A DNA stretch of 64,000 bases from an uncultured Prevotella sp. (GTDB lineage: Bacteria > Bacteroidota > Bacteroidia > Bacteroidales > Bacteroidaceae), in NCBI GenBank assembly GCA_946405145.1, contig CAMJGE010000003.1:63404-127403 (forward strand), read 5' to 3'. A program made the translations under genes and the position numbers. A model generated the notes under the pieces. The model saw only the letters and a program-made list of their open reading frames with translations, did no database searches and was not told the DNA's origin. Shown here in pieces: positions 19,543 to 28,755 of this stretch (the first letter of the stretch is position 1; every line of letters begins with the position of its first letter).

Positions 19543-19552
19543 TGCAGCCGAT

Positions 19553-19630
19553 TTCAAGGGGTGCCTGCGGGTGCAGGCTGAGATGATACCCTCTAACCTG
19601 ATCCAGATTATACTGGCGTAGGGATGGAAT
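19553..19630 (+). ncRNA. TPP (thiamine pyrophosphate) riboswitch
   Basis: GGGGTGC..GCTGAGA..ATACCC..AACCTGATCCAG-ATTATA-CTGGCGTAGGGA core, between promoter TACCTTTG (19537) and the thiamine uptake operon. Confidence 0.93.
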
Positions 19631-19695
19631 AAAGGATTTATCGATACATGTTACCCCCTTTACATTATTAATTAATTAAAGGTACAACTAAAGGT

Positions 19696-22011
19696 ATGAA
19701 AAGATTTGTTTTAGGAATGACTGCGCTGTTGTGTGCAGTGAGTATGCAATCAAAGAATCCACTGATGTCGCCAGAGACTGATCCGAGCGAACTTGATACG
19801 CTCAAGTCAGTAGAGTTGCAGGATGTGCAGGTGGTGTCTGTACGTGCTTCGAAGAAGACGCCTGTGGCTTACACCAACATGTCGAAGGAAGAGCTGAAGG
19901 CAGTGAACTTCGGACAGGATATCCCTTATCTGCTCTCGCTGACACCCAGCATCACGATGACTTCAGATGCTGGTAACGGCATCGGCTATACGTCGCTTCG
20001 TGTGCGTGGTACTGACCCTAGTCGTATCAACATCACTGCCAACGGCATACCTATCAACGATGCGGAGAGTGCCCAGCTCTACTGGGTGAATATGGGTGAC
20101 TTTGCCAGCAGTGTACAGTCGATGCAGATACAGCGTGGTGTGGGTACATCAACGAATGGTGCAGGAGCCTTTGGCGCCACGATCAATATGCAGACAGAGA
20201 ATATCGGCATGACGCCTTACTTCGGGCTCGACCTCTCTGGTGGCTCTTATTACTCGCATAAGGAGACACTGCGCTTCGGAACGGGTCTCATCAAAGACCA
20301 CTGGGGCATTCAGGGACGACTCTCGAACATCGGCTCGAAGGGTTATCTCGATCGCGCCTCAACAAAGTTGAACAGCTATTTCATTCAGGGTGGCTACTTC
20401 TCTGACAATACGGTTGTGAAGTTTATCACCTGGAATGGTATCGAGGAGACCTATCACGCCTGGAACTACACTTCGAAGTATGAGCAGAGCCTCTATGGAC
20501 GCACCTATAACTCCTGTGGTGAGTATTACGACGAACAAGGTAATGTGCATTACTATGATAATCAGACAGACAACTACCACCAGCAGAACTATCAGCTCTT
20601 GTGGAACCAGCACCTCTCACACCATCTGAATCTGAATATGGCTGGTCACTATACCAAGGGTAAAGGCTATTACGAGGAATATAAGACTGGTCGCAAACTG
20701 ATAGAATATCTCCCCTATGGTCCTTGGTTCGACCCAGAGGCAGAAGGTAATCCCAAGTTGAAGAGCGACCTAATCCGTCAGAAGAAGATGGATAACGACT
20801 TCTTTGCCGTTGTAGCCTCGCTGATCTATAATAATCACGATAACGTAGAGGCTGTCGTAGGGGGCGGATGGAACAAGTATGATGGTGATCACTTCGGCTT
20901 GGTGAAGTGGGTGAAGCATGTGCCAGAAGGTCTCGATCTGCAGCCTGACTACGAGTATTATCGTACCAATGCCAAGAAGACTGACTGGAATATCTATGGT
21001 AAGGTGAACTATGAATTCGTGAAGGGACTGAATGGTTACCTCGACCTGCAGTATCGTCATATCGGCTATAAGATGCAGGATCCAGGCGACTGGCAGGGAG
21101 CTAACCCTACTGGCGAATATGTCGTTGACGACACCTTCAACTTCTTCAATCCGAAGTTTGGCTTGAACTACGACATCACGCCTCACCATAAGGTCTATGC
21201 CTCGTATGCCATCGCCCATAAGGAGCCCACACGTAATGACTATGAGGATAATATCGGAACAGAGCTGAAGGCTGAGCGCCTGAATGATCTGGAGGTTGGT
21301 TATAAGTTCCTGAGTGCGACATTCTCTGCTGGTGCCAATCTCTATTGGATGAGCTATCGTGATCAGTTTGTGCTGACAGGTGAGTTGAATGCTATCGGTG
21401 AGGCTATTGCCAAGAATGTGGGTAAGAGCTATCGACTTGGTGTGGAGTTGGAGGCTGCTTGGAAACCTATCGACTGGTTCCGCTGGGATGCTAACGCCAC
21501 CTTCTCGAAGAATCGTGCCAAGAACTGGGAAGTGACGCTGATGGATGGCTCTGTGGAGAGTCTGGGTGATACCCCGCTGTCGTTCTCGCCAGACTTCATC
21601 TTCAACAATATCCTCAACTTCAAGTATAAAGGTATGAATGCCAGCATTCAGAGCCAGTATGTAGGCGATCAGTATCTGACGAACACAGGCTTCAAGAGCT
21701 ACCAGACACTCGATGATAACGGCAAGCAGACAGATGTGAGCATGATGCTAGATGGGCACTTCACCACCAACATAGACCTCAGCTATACCTTCAGTCTGAA
21801 GCAGTTTGGTGTGAAGGATATCACTGCTGGTATCACTCTCTACAACATCTTCTCTGCCAAATTCGACAATAACGGTTGGGCAGCACCTGCCTTCACGAAG
21901 GAGAATGGCAAGCTGATTGCCACGGGTTGGGACACCTCCGACCAGTTTGAGGCTGGATTTGCACCTTCAGCCCCATTCAATATGATGGCTCATCTCTCTA
22001 TCAATTTCTAA
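19696..22011 (+). CDS. TonB-dependent receptor, probable thiamine transporter
   Basis: Signal peptide; plug domain (LRVRG..RINITANGIP); beta-barrel ending in F; under TPP riboswitch. Confidence 0.9.
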   Translation: MKRFVLGMTALLCAVSMQSKNPLMSPETDPSELDTLKSVELQDVQVVSVRASKKTPVAYTNMSKEELKAVNFGQDIPYLLSLTPSITMTSDAGNGIGYTSLRVRGTDPSRINITANGIPINDAESAQLYWVNMGDFASSVQSMQIQRGVGTSTNGAGAFGATINMQTENIGMTPYFGLDLSGGSYYSHKETLRFGTGLIKDHWGIQGRLSNIGSKGYLDRASTKLNSYFIQGGYFSDNTVVKFITWNGIEETYHAWNYTSKYEQSLYGRTYNSCGEYYDEQGNVHYYDNQTDNYHQQNYQLLWNQHLSHHLNLNMAGHYTKGKGYYEEYKTGRKLIEYLPYGPWFDPEAEGNPKLKSDLIRQKKMDNDFFAVVASLIYNNHDNVEAVVGGGWNKYDGDHFGLVKWVKHVPEGLDLQPDYEYYRTNAKKTDWNIYGKVNYEFVKGLNGYLDLQYRHIGYKMQDPGDWQGANPTGEYVVDDTFNFFNPKFGLNYDITPHHKVYASYAIAHKEPTRNDYEDNIGTELKAERLNDLEVGYKFLSATFSAGANLYWMSYRDQFVLTGELNAIGEAIAKNVGKSYRLGVELEAAWKPIDWFRWDANATFSKNRAKNWEVTLMDGSVESLGDTPLSFSPDFIFNNILNFKYKGMNASIQSQYVGDQYLTNTGFKSYQTLDDNGKQTDVSMMLDGHFTTNIDLSYTFSLKQFGVKDITAGITLYNIFSAKFDNNGWAAPAFTKENGKLIATGWDTSDQFEAGFAPSAPFNMMAHLSINF

Positions 22012-22012
22012 T

Positions 22013-22618
22013 ATGCTGGAATTTCTAAACGGGCATTGGCTCGACATATTGACAACGGTACTCGGCCTGATCTACATCTGGCTCGAGTATCGTGCGTCTA
22101 TAGCCCTCTGGGTTGTAGGCATCATCATGCCTGCTCTTGATATATGGCTCTATTGGAGTCACGGACTCTATGGCGATGCAGGTATGGCGGTCTATTATAC
22201 CTTGGCAGCTGTCTATGGCTATGCTGTTTGGAAATTCGGACGAAAGAAAAGTCAGACGACATCGGTGATGCCTATCACCCATACCCCCCCGAGGCTTTAT
22301 CTGCCTATTGTCGTGTTCTTCTTCGTGGCGTGGGGACTGACCTATTATGTACTGATTACCTGGACAAACTCTACAGTCCCTGTGCTCGACTCCTTCACAA
22401 ATGCCTTGTCGTTTGTGGGCCTCTGGGCTCTGGCTAGGAAATATATCGAACAGTGGTTCTTCTGGATTGTAGTCGATGTGGTGTGTACGATCCTCTATGT
22501 GCAGAAAGGCATTCCCTTCAAGGCAGGCCTCTACGGACTTTATGTCGTGATTGCCGTGATGGGTTATTATAAGTGGAAAGGAATGATGCAAGATGAAAAA
22601 ATATCCGCTCATAAATAA
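22013..22618 (+). CDS. pnuC: PnuC-family transporter (PnuT-type, thiamine)
   Basis: Multi-TM; DSFTNALS..ARKYIEQWFFWIVVD; operon context. Confidence 0.88.
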   Translation: MLEFLNGHWLDILTTVLGLIYIWLEYRASIALWVVGIIMPALDIWLYWSHGLYGDAGMAVYYTLAAVYGYAVWKFGRKKSQTTSVMPITHTPPRLYLPIVVFFFVAWGLTYYVLITWTNSTVPVLDSFTNALSFVGLWALARKYIEQWFFWIVVDVVCTILYVQKGIPFKAGLYGLYVVIAVMGYYKWKGMMQDEKISAHK

Positions 22619-23234
22619 AATTGGCAGTTTCGATGCTGTGATTCTGGCTCATGGTGACTTCCCTCAGGCGGAAATTCCCTTAGAGCTGTTGAGGCGTGCA
22701 CCTTTCGTCTGTGCCTGCGATGGAGCTGTTAACCACTATCCTCAGGCTGATGTCATCGTGGGTGATGGTGACTCTGTGCCAGAGGACTTGAGGAATCGAC
22801 TGATACAAATCGATGAACAGGAGGATAATGATCTGACAAAAGCCACGCGCTATTGTCTGTCGAAAGGTATGAGGCGTATCATCTATCTGGGTGCCACAGG
22901 ACAGCGTGAGGACCATACGTTGGGTAATATCTCGCTGATAGTACGTTATGCACTGGAGTTGGACGTAGAGCCTTTGCTGGCTACTGACTATGGTTGGTTT
23001 GTAGTGGCGGAAGAGGAGTCGGAATTCGCATCCTTCAAGGGCCAGCAGGTGAGCATTTTCAATATGGGTTGCACGACTCTTGCTTCAGAAGAGCTTCGCT
23101 GGCAGGCATATCCTTATCGTCAGTTGTGGCAGGGTACGCTGAATGAAGCTACAGGCAGTTCTTTCGTACTGAAAGGCAATGGACCTTATCTGGTGTATCG
23201 TACCTATCAGGCTAAGGAGACTGCCTTAAAATGA
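22593..23234 (+). CDS. thiN: Thiamine pyrophosphokinase
   Basis: ACDGA, VGDGDS, EQEDNDLTKA and GATGQREDHTLGN motifs. Confidence 0.9.
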   Translation: MKKYPLINKIGSFDAVILAHGDFPQAEIPLELLRRAPFVCACDGAVNHYPQADVIVGDGDSVPEDLRNRLIQIDEQEDNDLTKATRYCLSKGMRRIIYLGATGQREDHTLGNISLIVRYALELDVEPLLATDYGWFVVAEEESEFASFKGQQVSIFNMGCTTLASEELRWQAYPYRQLWQGTLNEATGSSFVLKGNGPYLVYRTYQAKETALK

Positions 23235-23305
23235 AAATAATCCTTAGATAATTTGGCTATCTGCATCATTTTGCGTATTTTTGCAGCGGATTAACGAAAG
23301 TATAT

Positions 23306-25114
23306 ATGCAGACTAACAGTCACTTATCACGTTTGATTCATGATCAGGCGCAGAACTATGGCGATCGCGAGGTCCTAATTTATAAGGATTTCGGAGGGTC
23401 GGAGTGGAAATCCTATTCCTGGAACCAGTTTTCTGATATGGTGAAGAGGGTGTCGAATGCACTCTTGAATCTTGGTGTGAAGGTACAGGAGAATATCGGC
23501 GTGTTTTCTCAGAACTCCGTTCAGTATCTCTTCTGCGACTTCGGCGCATGGGGCATCCGTGCCGTCACCATACCCTTCTATGCTACGAGCTCTGAACAGC
23601 AGATTCAGTTCATGATCAGCGATGCGAAAGTGAGATTTTTGTTCGTTGGCGAGCAGGATCAGTATGACAAAGCGCGCCGTGTGGTATCCATGTGCAATTC
23701 TTTAGAGCGTATCATCGTCTTCGACCGTAATGTCAGAATATCCACACATGACCCGAATGCGATGTACTTCGACGACTTCCTGAAGCTGGGTGATAACTTC
23801 CCACGACAGTCAGAGGTTGACCAGTTGCAGGCGCAGGCTTCAATGGACGATATTGCCAATATCCTTTATACCAGTGGTACAACAGGCGACTCAAAGGGCG
23901 TAATCCTGACCTGCGGACAGTATTATGCAGCTATGGTGGCTAATGGTAAGTGTGTGCCAGTGGATGAGAATGACAGGGTATTAAACTTCCTGCCGTTTAC
24001 GCATATTTTTGAGAAGGGATGGAAGATTCTCTCTCTGACAAAGGGTGCACGCCTGATTGTAAACACCTATCCGCAGGAAGTGCAGCAGTCGATGCGAGAG
24101 ACGCATCCTACCTGTATGTCATCTGTGCCCCGATTCTGGGAAAAGGTGTATATGGGTGTTCTGGAGAAGATCGAGAATGCCAGTGCCGTGCAGCGCAAGC
24201 TCTTCCAGCATGCCCTGAGTGTGGGTAAGAGGCATAATATCGACTATCTGTCGAAGGGCAAGCGTCCGCCATTGGCGCTCCATCTGGAATATGAGATGCT
24301 GAACCGCACTGTGTTCTCACTGGTACGTAAGGAACTGGGTCTGGAGAATGCACATTTCTTCCCAACAGCTGGTGCCACTGTGAATCCAAAGGTAGAGGAG
24401 TTTGTGCATGCTATCGGACTGAATATGATTGTGGGCTATGGCTTGACAGAGAGTCTGGCCACAGTGAGCTGTAACCATCTGGGTGAACCTTACACTGTAG
24501 GAGGTGTGGGCATTCCCATCGAGGGAATCGACATCAAGATCAGCGATGAGGGTGAGGTACTGTTGAAGGGCCCGACGATCACCAAGGGTTATTATAACCG
24601 TGAGGATCTCACCAAACAGGCATTCACTGAGGATGGCTATTTCCGTACAGGCGACTCTGGTTATCTGAAGGATGGTGAGCTCTTCCTGAAAGAGCGCATC
24701 AAGGATCTCTATAAGACCTCGAATGGTAAGTATATCGCTCCGCAGATGATTGAGTCGAAGCTGTTGGTGGATAAGTATATCGACCAGATCTGTATCATCG
24801 CAGACCAGCGTAAGTTCGTATCGGCATTGATTATTCCTGTTTATGCATTACTCGAAGAGTATGCCCGTGAGCATCAGATCCCATTTGAGACGCGCGAGCA
24901 GCTCTGTGCCGATCCGAAGATCAATGCGATGATGAAGGAGCGTATCGATACCCTGCAGCAGCAGTTGGCACATTACGAGCAGATCAAACGCTTCACATTG
25001 CTGCCCCATCACTTCTCTATAGAGCGTGGTGAGCTGACGAACACGTTGAAGATCAAGCGTCGCGTGCTGAACCAGAACTATGCTAAAGAGATAGATCTGA
25101 TGTACGCAGAGTAA
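23306..25114 (+). CDS. Long-chain fatty acid--CoA ligase
   Basis: YTSGTTGDSKG, GYGLTE, FRTGD and ELTNTLKIKR motifs. Confidence 0.92.
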   Translation: MQTNSHLSRLIHDQAQNYGDREVLIYKDFGGSEWKSYSWNQFSDMVKRVSNALLNLGVKVQENIGVFSQNSVQYLFCDFGAWGIRAVTIPFYATSSEQQIQFMISDAKVRFLFVGEQDQYDKARRVVSMCNSLERIIVFDRNVRISTHDPNAMYFDDFLKLGDNFPRQSEVDQLQAQASMDDIANILYTSGTTGDSKGVILTCGQYYAAMVANGKCVPVDENDRVLNFLPFTHIFEKGWKILSLTKGARLIVNTYPQEVQQSMRETHPTCMSSVPRFWEKVYMGVLEKIENASAVQRKLFQHALSVGKRHNIDYLSKGKRPPLALHLEYEMLNRTVFSLVRKELGLENAHFFPTAGATVNPKVEEFVHAIGLNMIVGYGLTESLATVSCNHLGEPYTVGGVGIPIEGIDIKISDEGEVLLKGPTITKGYYNREDLTKQAFTEDGYFRTGDSGYLKDGELFLKERIKDLYKTSNGKYIAPQMIESKLLVDKYIDQICIIADQRKFVSALIIPVYALLEEYAREHQIPFETREQLCADPKINAMMKERIDTLQQQLAHYEQIKRFTLLPHHFSIERGELTNTLKIKRRVLNQNYAKEIDLMYAE

Positions 25115-25147
25115 AAAAGAATTTTGAGATTAATAGTTCATTTGTAG

Positions 25148-26272
25148 ATGATAACACAAGACCAACTGAAGGAAGTGCTGGAGCGCGCTGATGCGCTGCA
25201 CCGCTATCTGGATATTGATAAGAAGAAAATAGAATACGAGGAGGAAGACCTCCGTACACAGGCACCTGACTTCTGGGAAGACCGTCAGCGTGCTGAAGAG
25301 CAGATGAAGAAAGTGAAAGGCATCAAGAAATGGCTCGACGGCTATAAGGAAGTAAGGACGATGGCTGACGAACTGCAGCTGGCTTTCGATTTCTATAAGG
25401 ACGAGATGGTGACAGAGGAGGAAGTGGATGCCGACTATGCCAAAGCCATCAAGGCCATCGAGGATCTGGAGCTGAAGAATATGCTTCGACAGAAGGAAGA
25501 CCCGATGGAGGCTGTCCTGAAGATAAACTCTGGTGCAGGTGGTACTGAGGCTCAGGACTGGGCTTCGATGCTGATGCGTATGTATATGCGCTGGGCTGAG
25601 GCTCATGGCTATAAGGTAACGATCTCGAACCTCCTTGACGGCGATGAGGCTGGTATCAAGAGCGTGACGATGCAGATCGAAGGTGGCGATTATGCCTATG
25701 GCTATCTGAAATCGGAGAACGGCGTACATCGTCTGGTACGTGTGTCGCCTTTCAATGCTCAGGGTAAGCGTATGACCTCCTTTGCTTCAGTCTTTGTGTC
25801 TCCTCTGGTGGATGATACCATTGAGGTGTATGTCGATCCGGCAAAACTCTCTTGGGATACGTTCCGTTCTTCAGGTGCTGGTGGACAGAATGTGAATAAG
25901 GTGGAGTCGGGTGTGCGCCTGCGCTATTGGTACACAGATCCTGATACGGGTGAGGAAGAAGAGATCCTCATTGAGAATACCGAGACTCGAGACCAGCCCA
26001 AGAACAAGGAGCGCGCCATGACCTTGCTGAAATCACAGCTCTACGATCGGGCTATGAAGAAGCGTCTGGAGGCTCAGGCGAAGATTGAGGCTGGAAAGAA
26101 GAAAATTGAGTGGGGTAGTCAGATACGTTCATACGTCTTTGATGATCGTCGTGTGAAAGATCATCGTACCAACTATCAGACCACCGATGTCGATGGCGTG
26201 ATGGATGGTAAGATCGATGAGTTTATCAAGGCTTATCTGATGGAGTTCCCTGTGAATGACGAAGAAAATTAA
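25148..26272 (+). CDS. prfB: Peptide chain release factor 2, uninterrupted ORF
   Basis: SPF motif (VRVSPF), GGQ, WGSQIRSY. Confidence 0.96.
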   Translation: MITQDQLKEVLERADALHRYLDIDKKKIEYEEEDLRTQAPDFWEDRQRAEEQMKKVKGIKKWLDGYKEVRTMADELQLAFDFYKDEMVTEEEVDADYAKAIKAIEDLELKNMLRQKEDPMEAVLKINSGAGGTEAQDWASMLMRMYMRWAEAHGYKVTISNLLDGDEAGIKSVTMQIEGGDYAYGYLKSENGVHRLVRVSPFNAQGKRMTSFASVFVSPLVDDTIEVYVDPAKLSWDTFRSSGAGGQNVNKVESGVRLRYWYTDPDTGEEEEILIENTETRDQPKNKERAMTLLKSQLYDRAMKKRLEAQAKIEAGKKKIEWGSQIRSYVFDDRRVKDHRTNYQTTDVDGVMDGKIDEFIKAYLMEFPVNDEEN

Positions 26273-26300
26273 GGATTAAACATTTAAATAATTGATAATT

Positions 26301-26459
26301 ATGGCACAAATTGCAAGAGCATCAAAGTCAACCGTAAAGAAGGTGGCTTATGAGAAGAAACAGGAAGAAGGTGGCAAGAAGGTGTTGGAGTGGATCTTCG
26401 GCGTACTGATTGTACTGGCTGTCCTGTTTGTGATCTATTCTATCTGGATTGTTGCCTAA
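26301..26459 (+). CDS. Small 52-aa single-TM protein
   Basis: Below ORF-track cut-off: MAQIARASKSTVKKVAYEKKQEEGGKKVLEWIFGVLIVLAVLFVIYSIWIVA; ends 3 nt before the CYTH start. Confidence 0.75.
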   Translation: MAQIARASKSTVKKVAYEKKQEEGGKKVLEWIFGVLIVLAVLFVIYSIWIVA

Positions 26460-26462
26460 CGT

Positions 26463-26963
26463 ATGAGCGGACTGGAGATAGAACGTAAGTTCCTTGTCCG
26501 TCATGCCGACTACAAACGGCAGGCTTTCAGTAGCAGTCACATCCAACAAGGTTACATCTGCAGTGGTCACGGACGTACCGTTAGGGTGCGTATCCGCGAC
26601 CACAGCGGTTTTCTCACGATTAAGGGCCCTTCGGATGAGAAAGGCTTGAGCCGTTATGAGTTTGAGAAAGAGATTACCCTCGATGAAGCTCAGGAACTGA
26701 TGAAACTCTGTGAACCAGGTAGTATCGACAAGATACGTTATCTCGTGAAAAGTGGCTCACACACTTTCGAGGTTGATGAGTTTCATGGTGAGAATGAAGG
26801 ACTGGTGATGGCAGAAGTAGAGCTCCAGTCAGAAGATGAGCCATTTGAAAAGCCTGACTTCATAGGGCAGGAGGTGACGGGTGATCGCCGTTATTACAAT
26901 GCCTATCTGACAAAATGCCCCTTTACCTCTTGGCCAGAAAACAAATCCAGAGCAGACCAATAA
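26463..26963 (+). CDS. CYTH domain protein
   Basis: EIERKFL, VRVRI, LTIKG, RYEFE, EVDEF and AEVEL motifs. Confidence 0.92.
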   Translation: MSGLEIERKFLVRHADYKRQAFSSSHIQQGYICSGHGRTVRVRIRDHSGFLTIKGPSDEKGLSRYEFEKEITLDEAQELMKLCEPGSIDKIRYLVKSGSHTFEVDEFHGENEGLVMAEVELQSEDEPFEKPDFIGQEVTGDRRYYNAYLTKCPFTSWPENKSRADQ

Positions 26964-27318
26964 CTGCTGCAAGGGTAATGCCTGTACTGTTAGCAGCCAG
27001 GTCAAGCCATTCTCCACTTCTTGTTCCCCCTGTGCAATATTCCTGTAGCAGTTCGATGACGCCACTCATGACGATAGGCATCAGCCATGCCCAGAAAAAC
27101 AGTTTCTCATAATCTGGCGTCTGGTGCTTTCTGATATATTCTATCCAAAGCACGATAAAGGTTCCTCCATACATAATGACATGTACCCATTTGTCAATGA
27201 ACTCCACATTATCGAGTGGTGTTTCTGGAAAGAATGGTACGAAAGAAAGTATCCATATCAGTGAGATACAGAAGGTGGAAAATGGGTATTTTTTCAACAA
27301 ATGAAACAAAAAATGCAT
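26923..27318 (-). CDS. VanZ-like family membrane protein
   Basis: DKWVH..Y, IELLQ..TRSGEWLDLAANS; likely start ATG 27318, not 27603. Confidence 0.8.
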   Translation of the reverse strand: MHFLFHLLKKYPFSTFCISLIWILSFVPFFPETPLDNVEFIDKWVHVIMYGGTFIVLWIEYIRKHQTPDYEKLFFWAWLMPIVMSGVIELLQEYCTGGTRSGEWLDLAANSTGITLAAVIGLLWICFLAKR

Positions 27319-27375
27319 ATTTACTTTAAATTTTGCTGCAAAATTAAGAAATAATTTATACTTTTGCAACGAAAT

Positions 27376-28755
27376 ATGAGAAAAGTGCATATGTCTAAAC
27401 TGGAAAGAGCAAGTTTCGGCAGTAAACTTGGTGTGATTTTGGCAACAGCGGGTTCTGCTGTTGGATTGGGTAATATCTGGCGGTTTCCCTTTATGACGGG
27501 TCAGAATGGTGGTGCTGTGTTTATCATCATCTACATCTTCTGTGTATTGTTGCTTGGTATTCCTTGTATGATCAGTGAGTTTATCATTGGCCGTAACGGA
27601 CAATGTAATACGGCACGGGCATTCAGTAAGATATCTGGTGGCTCTGCTTGGACATTGATAGGTTATATGGGCGTGTTGACAGGTTTCCTTATTTCCAGTT
27701 ACTATGCGGTAGTCTCAGGGTGGTGCCTCGAATACGTATGGGCTTCTCTTTTGGGTAAACTGCAAGGCGATCCGGCCTATGTCAGATCCTATTTTGAGGC
27801 CTTTTCTGTAGATCCTGTCAGACCAGTATTCTGGACATTCCTGATTCTTCTGGCTACTTATCTGATTGTTGAGAATGGCGTACGTGACGGTATTGAGAGG
27901 GCCTCGAAGCTGATGATGCCTATCTTGTTTATTCTCTTGCTGATCATTGTCGGGGCTTCCTGTATGTTGCCAAATGCGAATAAAGGTATTGAGTTCTTGC
28001 TTAATCCGGATATCTCAAAGGTGAATGGCGATGTGTTTCTTGCTGCTTTAGGACAGTCATTCTACTCACTCAGTATCGCCATGGGATGTATTTGTACGTA
28101 TGCCAGTTATTTCTCTAAACATACCAATTTGCCTGGTTCTGCTATACAGATCGGTATCATCGACTTTATTGTGGCACTGCTTGCAGGTCTGGTTATCTTC
28201 CCTGCAGCTTTCTCTGTAGGCGTAAATCCTGACAGCGGCCCCTCATTGATATTCATTACTTTACCCAATGTGTTCCAGCAAGCCTTTAGTGCCATTCCTA
28301 CTCTTGGCTATTTCATAGCAGTACTATTCTATATCCTATTGTCTATGGCTGCTTTGACATCACTGATGTCGCTTCATGAGGTGAGTACGGCATTTATTGA
28401 GGAAGAATTAGGTACAACCCGTAAGATTGCGGCGCTTATCGTAACCATCTGTTGCATATTCTTAGGTATCTTCTGTTCCCTTTCTATCGGTGCTGTGGAG
28501 CAATACCATTTCTTTGGCTTGTCACTGTTCAATCTGTTCGACTTTGTAACAGGACAGTTGCTGTTGCCTATCGTGGGATTCCTGACCTGCATCCTTATCG
28601 GTTGGTTTGTACCTCATAAGATTGTGCGTGATGAATTCACCAACAAAGGAACACTTGATAATGGTGGCCTGTTCCATATTTATCTGTTCCTGGTGAAATA
28701 TGTGTGCCCCATTTGTATCTTGTTTATTTTCCTGCATCAGTTTGGTTTGCTATAA
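27376..28755 (+). CDS. Sodium-dependent transporter (NSS/SNF family)
   Basis: GSAVGLGNIWRFP, NGGAVF, GPSLIFITLP; start 27376 or 27391. Confidence 0.93.
   Translation: MRKVHMSKLERASFGSKLGVILATAGSAVGLGNIWRFPFMTGQNGGAVFIIIYIFCVLLLGIPCMISEFIIGRNGQCNTARAFSKISGGSAWTLIGYMGVLTGFLISSYYAVVSGWCLEYVWASLLGKLQGDPAYVRSYFEAFSVDPVRPVFWTFLILLATYLIVENGVRDGIERASKLMMPILFILLLIIVGASCMLPNANKGIEFLLNPDISKVNGDVFLAALGQSFYSLSIAMGCICTYASYFSKHTNLPGSAIQIGIIDFIVALLAGLVIFPAAFSVGVNPDSGPSLIFITLPNVFQQAFSAIPTLGYFIAVLFYILLSMAALTSLMSLHEVSTAFIEEELGTTRKIAALIVTICCIFLGIFCSLSIGAVEQYHFFGLSLFNLFDFVTGQLLLPIVGFLTCILIGWFVPHKIVRDEFTNKGTLDNGGLFHIYLFLVKYVCPICILFIFLHQFGLL

Noticed and set aside
19323-19586. Short ORFs in the repeat mosaics (also 60640-60876, 60927-61172)
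   Set aside because: They overlap hairpin elements, the promoter, the riboswitch or a terminator and have no protein-like features
26923-27603. 226-aa ORF / glycopeptide resistance gene
   Set aside because: The N-terminal extension overlaps the NSS gene in antisense; the real gene is probably 131 aa. VanZ-like proteins alone do not imply resistance, and ddl has the D-Ala-D-Ala-type YDAKY loop
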